Below are positions 11,857 through 20,000 of a stretch of 20,000 nucleotides of DNA, piece after piece; within the stretch, counting starts at the first letter, position 1, and every line of letters starts with the position of its first letter. Below the pieces are notes generated by a model that saw only the letters and a list, made by a program, of their open reading frames with translations, ran no database searches and was not told where the DNA came from. This DNA comes from Seison nebaliae (Eukaryota), in NCBI GenBank assembly GCA_023231475.1, contig JALJEE010002072.1, forward strand, positions 59,621 to 79,620, read 5' to 3'. A program made the translations under genes and the position numbers.

Positions 11857-12111
11857 TTATCGTTTATTTATAGTAGCCAATTCTTTAGAGAGGACAGCTG
11901 CAAAATCCTGATCCGCCTTCACATCATCATCCCAATTTGATTCCCAAATATCAGTGTCGCCAAATATGATTTCCTCATCTGTTTCTTTCAAATCGAAAGG
12001 TTCCACTGGAAATTCTTCGAAATCGTCTTCATCATCGATAAGTATTTGACGTTGTTTTTCTTCGCGATCCTTCTCTTCTTTCGATTTCGTATTTTTATTA
12101 GTTGAAGACAT
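11857..12111 (-). CDS. SEM1: DSS1/SEM1 (26S proteasome lid, TREX-2 and BRCA2-associated acidic protein), 84 aa, intronless CDS
   Basis: Signature motifs DDEDDFEEFP, WESNWDDD and DF..VL..EL in a small acidic protein. Confidence 0.92.
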   Translation of the reverse strand: MSSTNKNTKSKEEKDREEKQRQILIDDEDDFEEFPVEPFDLKETDEEIIFGDTDIWESNWDDDVKADQDFAAVLSKELATINKR

Positions 12112-12225
12112 TTTTTCTCCTAAAAAAATCGAAAATAAAATTTCTATGTGAAATTTAAAAAATTTATTAATTTGAGAATTGTTTTTAAAAAATTGTAAAT
12201 TTGTTCAAATTTGATCAATGAAAAA

Positions 12226-12489
12226 TTATGTTTTTCTTCTTTCAACTAATTGTTTACTGGGAGGGAGAATGGGAACTTTTCCAAAAATGAAATTTGGCGC
12301 TTCATATGACTCCACATCAGAGGGAGATAAATGTTGATGTAAAGAATAAAGTTCGACATCTCTCATGGTGGTATTGGACAATGGTGGTTTTTTATACATC
12401 TTAAACGGATTGTCCATTATAGGTTTCTGTCTTAACTGCTCCATGTCATTACCGATATTCACTCGATTGTTTTCTGAAAAATTTTCCAT
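12226..12489 (-). CDS. Small protein with a NUP42 (NUPL2/hCG1)-like C-terminal Gle1-binding motif
   Basis: C-terminus LYSLHQHLSPSDVESYEAPNFIFGKVPILPPSKQLV resembles the recalled NUP42 terminal pattern L...E.E.F....F.LGKIP..PP..EL. No FG-repeat array or zinc finger in the ORF. Confidence 0.65.
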   Translation of the reverse strand: MENFSENNRVNIGNDMEQLRQKPIMDNPFKMYKKPPLSNTTMRDVELYSLHQHLSPSDVESYEAPNFIFGKVPILPPSKQLVERRKT

Positions 12490-13511
12490 TTTCTTGGACA
12501 GTAATTCTTTAAACTAAAAATTTGAACGTGAAATTATATGATGTGTATCAAATTGGAAGAAATATTTTTTTTGGAAAACAGAAAAAATTGAGATATTTTT
12601 GTTAAGCAATAAATCTCTTTTATCATTTTAGATTTGTTGTAATTGACAATCAATTACAATTTGTCATTGTTAGTCGAGATAATGGTTCGAACAATAAATG
12701 TTCAATTCTAATAAATATCACAAACACTCCCTATACAAGTTAACGTAAGTAACTAGATTGAAATAACGTGACATTTTCTACATTCGAGAACATAGTCGAA
12801 TTATCCGAAAGACTAATATTCTGAAATTTACATTAGTATTTCTACTGAAACTTCTATAATATCTAAGAAACAATGTATTTGTTTTATCCTCACCCTATTA
12901 TACTTATCAATACGATAAATATCCCATAAATTTCTTGTCAAACTATTTTTTATCAGAATATTTTTTCGGACAGATTTCAATTCATCCTCTTCTCTTGAAG
13001 TGTTCTAGTTCGAATTTCTTCAGAAAACTATGACTATATCTTCATCTGTACGAGTACATCATGTTCAATTAACTTTTACATAATCAACTACGGTTGAGAA
13101 ATTTTTATATTTTCTGAAGATAATTTGTTGATTGTATGAAAAATTTTGTATTTCCCATTAAATCAGAATTAAAGGTATTTTAGATCATCGGAGAATAGTT
13201 TTCTGGAAGACTAAATGAATGATAATCAATTCACCATTTTAACAACAATTATTTATATATTAATAATTCGAAATAATTTCTGGTGTTGTTTTGATTTTAA
13301 TTAGAATGATGTTACTCTGTAGACGCCTCTAAATTATTTCAAAGTTTAACGTTATCAAAATTTTATTTTTTTCTTCTTATTAAATGACGAGACTTGAGAT
13401 TAAGTAATAGAGACAAAATCAGAAATCTGATAATTTCCATAGTTTTTATTAGAATAAATTTCAGGGAAATATAACATACATTTTCATTGAAACGTGTTAG
13501 ACGTATTGAGT

Positions 13512-16500
13512 TTATTTTTTCTGTCCGTTCAAATACTTTTCGATTAAAATTAAACTTTTATAATTGCTCGATTTATCATCCATCATATCTTTGGATTCCT
13601 TAAAAAATTGTTTTGAATTAAGAGGTAAATAATTCTCATCTGATTGTTGGAGTGTTGTTGTCATTTGTTGACTGGTATTTAATGATTCGATGTCACTTAT
13701 ATCAATTTCAAGTTGATGTGGCGAGTGATTAGTACAGTTGGAATATTTCTCATAACTTTTCTCTCTGATGCAATCTCCATATTTACTTAAGGATAGTTGT
13801 TTTCTTAATGATTTACTAGATGAGTCCTATGATGAATTGAATAAGAAAAACGTGAATAAAGAATAAAATGAAGAAATTAACTTGTATTATCGATTTATTC
13901 GCTAACGAATCAATATAATCACCAATAGTACTACATTTAGTTAGTTCATTGTTAGTGCGAGTTGACACAGTTGTATCTCCATTCCAACTATTCAATATTA
14001 TCGTATTGGACGAAGACGATTTCGAGGTAGTTGAAGGATGGAAGAATAACGTATTAACATTCTCAGTCGCTTGCGAAATATTCCCACATCCGTCATTCAT
14101 TTCATCATTCTTATTGTCTGACGTATCATTTATTACGTAATTGTTTGCAGATTTGGTGAATGTATTAATGAAATCAGTAGGTTCTGCATTCGTTTCGATA
14201 TTTATTTCTGATGAATTTTTCTCACAATTTTCTCTCTTACGCATCTTTTGTAAATAATCATCATAGGATTGCCAATTATTCTTGTCACGAATTTGACTAT
14301 TCACTTCACACAATTTATCAAAAGTCAAATTTGGTTTCGCTGTTCCTTCGTTAACTTTTTCTGGCGGTTTTGGTTTTATTGTTCGAATACTCACTACAGA
14401 TTTAGTGAATATTGAACAATATTTGGTGACATTAGATGAAGAATCTTTAAAAAAAATAAAATTCAATGAATTTAAAGGACAATTAACCTGAATTCTGAAT
14501 ATTTGCGATTTTTCTACGATGAGTACGAATTCGTTCATTTAACTTCATAAATGTAATTCCTAACACAATCAAGATTGCAACACAACTGATGACTATAATT
14601 AATGACATAATAATCGGTCGACCATTTGTCTTCTCCTTAGCCAATTCAATATTTAGTGGAACAGATAAAGATTTCTTCAAAATTTCATTTTGACGCGTCA
14701 TTCTGTGTTTCAGTTCAATTGTGGTTGTTGTTATTATGGAGTTTTTCTGAAGATTAATTTGTTCTGTTTTGTTGTTTATTCGACAAGAATATTTCCCAAG
14801 AATGTTAAAATTAATTTCATTTAAAACCACATTAAAGAAACATAATTTTAATTGAAATTCGAACAAATTAATGAAATTCCTCAATTGGAATTGTCTAATC
14901 GAAATTTGGTAAAATTTATAGAAATTCGATATGTTCAATCCATTTCTCGGATATTTCCATAATAAATAAGATTGATCATGATGATTCCATTTTAGCGAAG
15001 TATAATCTATTTCATCCAAATCCTCAAAATACCTTTTACATAGCAAGCAAATATTAAGAGTATGATTAATCGATGGATCAATATTAATTGACGGTTTTAT
15101 TTCTTCCAACTGAAAATCTAAAACATAAAACTTTAGGAAAAACTTTGCTGAAAAAAAGTTTAAACTTTTAATATTCCGAAAAAAAATTTGTTTCTTTTTT
15201 GTAAATTTGTTAACACAACGATGTGTATTATTATCGGTAACATGTTGATAAGATTCATTCCAATTTTGTTTCTTCCAGTGATCATTCTCAATTAATTGAT
15301 CGATTGATGAAATTTTCATGTTGAACGAAGACCATTCGATTTTATTTTTCTTCGGAAGTTTCTTGTAAATATTTCCAATTATCAAATATTTTTCATCTGA
15401 TTCACATTTTACAAAGTTTTCACGATTCCTAATGATTTCTATCGTATCTAATATTATAAATAATAATATATTATGATAAAAAAATTTACAAAGTATGTAA
15501 AATTTTAACTATTTTTATATTTGTAGTTAGATTTCAATTCTGATGGTGATAATATGATGGATTTAGAATTGGAAATTGTGTTTTCATTTTGTATTTGGCA
15601 TTGAATTTTATAAACATTTTTGAAGGATTGTGGTGAAAATATAAGAATAATCATATCATTTTCACCAATTTGTTCAGTAGATAAAATTTGTTGAAAATTT
15701 GAAATATTTTTCATCCAAATTTTCCATCTAAAACTTTTTAAATAAAGTTTAAGCAAAATGGTTATTCATTCAAAGTTTTAACTTAATCCTTTTGAATGAA
15801 TTGTTATTGATAAAATTTCCATTGTTCTTACATTGACATTCAACAGAGAAATCATCAATCTTTCTAATGATTTTAGCAACCGATTGATATTGTGTTTTAC
15901 CTGTTGAGTTTATTTTTTTGTAAAAAATTCAAATATAAAATAATGAAACTTTCTATAATTTGAAGATTGGATGATGAGACATCATTATAAATAACTTTAT
16001 TATCTGTTCCATAAAGTATTAAGATACAGCGGAGAATCCGTAAGTTTTTATTTATGGGAATTGTGACCATAACATAACATTGACCATTACTTCGATAGAT
16101 TTTATGAGAACCGACATAAAAATGATTCAGTCCGATTAGTTCCAGTTGTAAGAAGAGTTTAATTGAATCAGAATTACAAAACACGGAACATTGAAATGTA
16201 TTTAAATTATATTGACTCAATATGTTGATTGATGATTTATTTAGAAGTTCTTCGTCATTCATATACAAAAGTAATTTGGGTTTTTCTAAAATTAAATTTG
16301 AAGAAGAATTATTGTAATTAAATTAGATTAACCAATCACGGTGACGTTGAATATAGGGAATGGGTTAGTTGCACTGATGAATCCTTTTCGATGTCTTCTA
16401 TCCGTTTCCGTTCTCAAATTATAACATCGATACATCGATGTATCATTAATATTAACATTTCTGATTTCCATATCGAATTCACCTTTGATGAAGAAATTAG

Positions 16501-16916
16501 AAAAGTGTAAGAAATATTCGAATGAAAAAAATACCTTTTTGTCGATTTCCAACAAGATAAAAACGATCTCCAAATAAATTGGAATTAATACGACGATCAA
16601 CTCCGATGTAGAAGATACATATCGAATAATTGTAACACCAGATTATATCAGTATCTGACGGATAATTGGGACTCAAAGTTTTATTGTTTAGATGACTCGA
16701 TTTAAATCGACAAGGAAGACGAACATTCGTACCAACAATTGATACAATTTGTTCATAATTCATTCCATTTTTATAAGATGGTAATAATTTGGTTGTTGTT
16801 GTTGTTATTGTTGTAGATGATAATGATAAGGAGAAACGTTTAGATGAGATTGAATGAGTAATACAGATGAGAACGAGAAAATTAATTATTTTCTTGATAT
16901 TTTCAAATGATAACAT
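13512..16916 (-). CDS. Type I membrane immunoglobulin-superfamily protein, about 1000 aa
   Basis: Exons 16916-16535, 16482-16333, 16285-15950, 15900-15783, 15733-15510, 15447-14488 (possible in-frame intron 15165-15118), 14444-13882, 13826-13512, all phase-compatible. Signal peptide, V-set-like domain (VGTNVRLPC, IIW, DRFYLVG, FDMEIRNVNINDTSMYRC), further Cys-paired Ig-like segments, TM helix IIMSLIIVISCVAILIVLGITFM and an S/T/N-rich tail. The last exon end is least certain. Confidence 0.75.
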
Positions 16917-19071
16917 TTCACGAAACTTTCATAAATTGACAAATCAAATAAGAAATTGATAATTCTTATAAAGTCGAAAAGTTTTCTTATTGTTGAGAAG
17001 AATGTCAATAAATATCTCTATATCTTAAGATATAGACTTGTCTGTGTACATATCGAAAATGGTCTGTCATACGGTTCTAGTATTTGTGGTTTGTGATTTG
17101 TAGTGATGGTAGTGAAGTGGTGACAGAACATCTGTAATTTTGTGATCATATGTCATTAGTCATTAGTTAACAACTCGAACATTCAACTTGATTGAGTTGA
17201 ACGAGTCATCGATAATATGATTGACCTTTTTTTCCTTTTATCCAATTCCTTCTCACAAAATTTATCTAAATTTCTTTCGTCGATGGAAGGAATTCTCCAA
17301 TAGTTCACTCCCCAAATATTTTACTTAGAGTTTATTTGAGAATAATTTATATAAATATTTTTAATGCTTCTTTCTAACAAGAAAATGGGAATAAAGATCT
17401 ACAACTAGTATCATGTAAAAATACCATCAATTTTGACTTTCTCGTCGAGAACAATGACAAATGGTATAAGGATCTTTTTACATTCATTACCATTTCGTTA
17501 CTTTTCTAGTTAGTCTGTAAATTTTGGTTTAAGACAATTTCGTACAAGTTTATTCGATTCAGAATCGAAAAAGAAAACTCATAAATTCCGTTCAGTAGAT
17601 ATCCCACAATTTGACACAATTACCAACTTTATAATTGACTCGAAGGCGATGATAGTTCGTAATAGAATATGATCGTGTCCCAATGATTAAATGACACACA
17701 TTGGAATGGAAGGAACGGAAATGCATTTCTACTAGAATAGAAACCGTCAAAATTTCCATTAAATTCTTTCCGTAATTTATACAGAGTTCCGATAATTTAC
17801 ATAAACTTCACTAAATGTGGTTAAAATAAAGGAATTATTGAAATAACATAAATTCTTTCTGCAATTTACCAGATCTCTGATTGGAAAAATGACATTATTG
17901 TGAAGGAAAAACTTACCATATAATGTTAGTTAAATAAAATACTCTAAAGATTTATTGGAATTAAAGATTAACAATGATCAAGATGATTCAAGAAATGACT
18001 AGTTACGTAAAACATGACTTATGTCCATAAATATTCGATCGTCAATTAGAAGAATTGTTGACGAGAAAATTTGGAAACAGGAATGGTCTTCCGGTTTACG
18101 ATTCGGTTTTTCTCCACTAAACTCTGGAGAATCGTTTTGAAGGAACGGAAAGATAATTAATTGAATTTGTGGAGCGTTAAAAACTGATATTCGATTTGTT
18201 ATTTTTAATTGTTTACAATTGTCATTTCTTCCAATATCTCACCTATATCAATGTTCCGTCATCCTCCAGCTATCAAGTAATAATTGAATACTTCCGGTAT
18301 AGAAGTAGTAGATGGTTCATCATCGGAAAAGGAAAAATGGTAACGATATTTTACATCGACATTTCCGCTATATTTCCTTCTCCCAATTTTTATTTAGTAT
18401 AGAATGATATCAAAACTGTATCGTGATTTGAGATGATACAAGAAAATTTATAAACATATTACGATTTCCTCATGATAATCTTCTTCTTTTTCTCCAATCT
18501 TATTTTCTTCTTTCATTTTACTTCTATTTAATCGTTTTCCCCTTCTAACGGACGAATGTTGATATTGATGATGACGAAAATAAAGAAAAACATTAAAAAT
18601 TATCATAACATATTGAACTAATTAGAATCTGACGCGAATAAAATTGTTTTTTGCGGAAATAATCATTTAGTTTCCGATTCTCTCCCCTTGGATTATGAAT
18701 GATAATCTCTTCAAGTAGTTCTCTTCAGGACCTCACAATAAATTAAAACTTATATAATTCTCAATCACATAACCATTAATAATAACCTTATAACAGTTTT
18801 AAATCATCTTCAAAATAACACGATAAATTTACAATAATAATGTTCAGTTGTGTAAAAAATTGGTGAAATTTTTTATAAATCATTCATGGTAAATTCGAAT
18901 TAAGAATTCGAATTGGAAGAGATTATTTAATTTAACTAATATGTTGATAATACCTAAAAAACCTAAAAATACCTAAAAATTAAATTTTGTTCATGAATTC
19001 AAGTTAAGTTCAGAAGTGTAGATTAGTAGATATTAGGTATTAGGTGTGTACCTATTTAATACCTTATCATA

Positions 19072-19149
19072 AAAACTATATAATAGTTTTGACTATTCTT
19101 AACCGATCGGTTAAGAATTACGGTTAAGAATATCTACACTCGAGTGTAG
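19072..19149. repeat. Cluster of three adjacent palindromes/hairpins
   Basis: AAAACTAT-ata-ATAGTTTT (19072-19090); perfect 24-bp ATTCTTAACCGATCGGTTAAGAAT (19095-19118) with an extra arm copy at 19121-19132; perfect 16-bp CTACACTCGAGTGTAG (19134-19149). Confidence 0.95.
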
Positions 19150-19270
19150 TATAGGAATAATTTGTCTGAGATTTTGAACCTTTTTATGCAATTGATCAGT
19201 AGAAACGTATCTCAATTAGACAATAAACACCAATGAAAGTACTTTGATGGACCTTGGTTCTTTGATTGAG

Positions 19271-19528
19271 GATAGACATTTCAGATACAGACAATTCGGA
19301 GACTAAACAATCCAGGACAGACAATTGGGAGACAAATTTAGATTGTAATTTAATTTCTTTTTTTGTTGCTTATTATATGTATATTTGATTTTATATATAC
19401 GTATTATTCTATAATTGGTAATACTCTCTTTGGGAAAGAAGATATTCATTAAAAACACAAGAATTTACATCAGGTCTTACTTTTAATTATGTCTTCCAAT
19501 TATCGATTCTCCGAATTGTACGTAGTTC
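19271..19528. mobile_element. Probable non-autonomous MITE-like element with short tandem subrepeats in inverted orientation at its two ends
   Basis: Left end has about four degenerate ~15-bp units (GACAATTCGGAGAC, GACAATTGGGAGAC). Right end has reverse complements: TCTCCGAATTGT at 19508-19519 is the exact inverse of 19291-19302, and TGTCTTCCAATT lies at 19490-19501. Interior is AT-rich and non-coding; exact boundaries unclear. Confidence 0.55.
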
Positions 19529-19692
19529 TTTTAAACAGTTAACATACATTTTCAACCATCGTACGAGATTTTTTAAGACTAATGTTAGGATAATTTTTTG
19601 CAGTGTGAATTAAAGAAAAAACGTAAGAAATTTCATGTGTCTATTCTCGAGTTTATTTATTTTTGATTTTCCAAATATTATTGCAGGGAGAA

Positions 19693-19817
19693 GGACATAA
19701 GAGCCACGAGACAAAAGAGCCACGGCACAAAAGAGCCACGGGACAAAAGAGCCATGGACAAAAGAGCCACGAGACAAAAGAGCCATGGACAAAAGAGCCA
19801 TGGACAAAAGAGCCACG
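19693..19817. repeat. Minisatellite, 8 units of 15-16 bp, consensus GGACAAAAGAGCCA(T/CG)
   Basis: Directly visible tandem units with no unique spacers. Confidence 0.95.
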
Positions 19818-20000
19818 CAGACTTTGATTTTCTGAAATTTATTGATTGAAAATAAGTAAAACACAGTATATAACTGTATAGGATTGTCATGTTTGGATTT
19901 TTGTTTTCCAAAATTTACAGAGGAATCGAGTCTTATCAGTTTGGAATCAAACTATTTCAAGATAAAAAATATACTGCATTTCTGTTAAGAAATGAATTAA

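Noticed and set aside
687..14140. Antisense ORFs at 687-947, 3311-3499, 5040-5424, 9600-9851, 10961-11212, 11689-11940 and 13949-14140
   Set aside because: They lie opposite well-supported genes and have no recognisable motifs; shadow ORFs.
13..16534. U12-type (minor) introns as the explanation for the odd donors
   Set aside because: None has the RTATCCTT donor, and I saw no TCCTTAAC branch consensus.
19693..19817. CRISPR-like appearance of the repeat array
   Set aside because: Units are directly adjacent with no unique spacers, there are no cas genes, and the context is eukaryotic.
19610..19911. ORFs 19610-19864 and 19678-19911
   Set aside because: Their repetitive peptides (ALLS, WLFC) are just translations of the minisatellite.

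Overview
AT-rich, very compact eukaryotic window, almost certainly from an invertebrate animal (L27+PDZ LIN-7, Ig-superfamily receptor, C-type-lectin-like gene). The ORF track is fragmented by short spliceosomal introns (43-73 nt). Splicing by hand gives nine protein-coding genes: a secreted repeat protein running off the left edge, a basic K/R/S-rich orphan, TM9SF4, a C-type-lectin-like gene, an atypical Rho-like GTPase, LIN-7, DSS1/SEM1, a miniature NUP42-like gene and a type I Ig-superfamily membrane protein. The last 1.1 kb holds palindromes, a MITE-like element and a minisatellite. The strongest signal is that 22 of 23 reconstructed introns begin GTT instead of the usual animal GTRAG, and only 2 have G at +5, pointing to an altered 5' splice-site code. 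Second, NUP42-like, DSS1 and LIN-7 are co-oriented, 114 and 122 nt apart, with apparently donor-less acceptor AGs just before the start codons, as in SL trans-spliced operons. All gene models are manual, with no RNA data or database searches.
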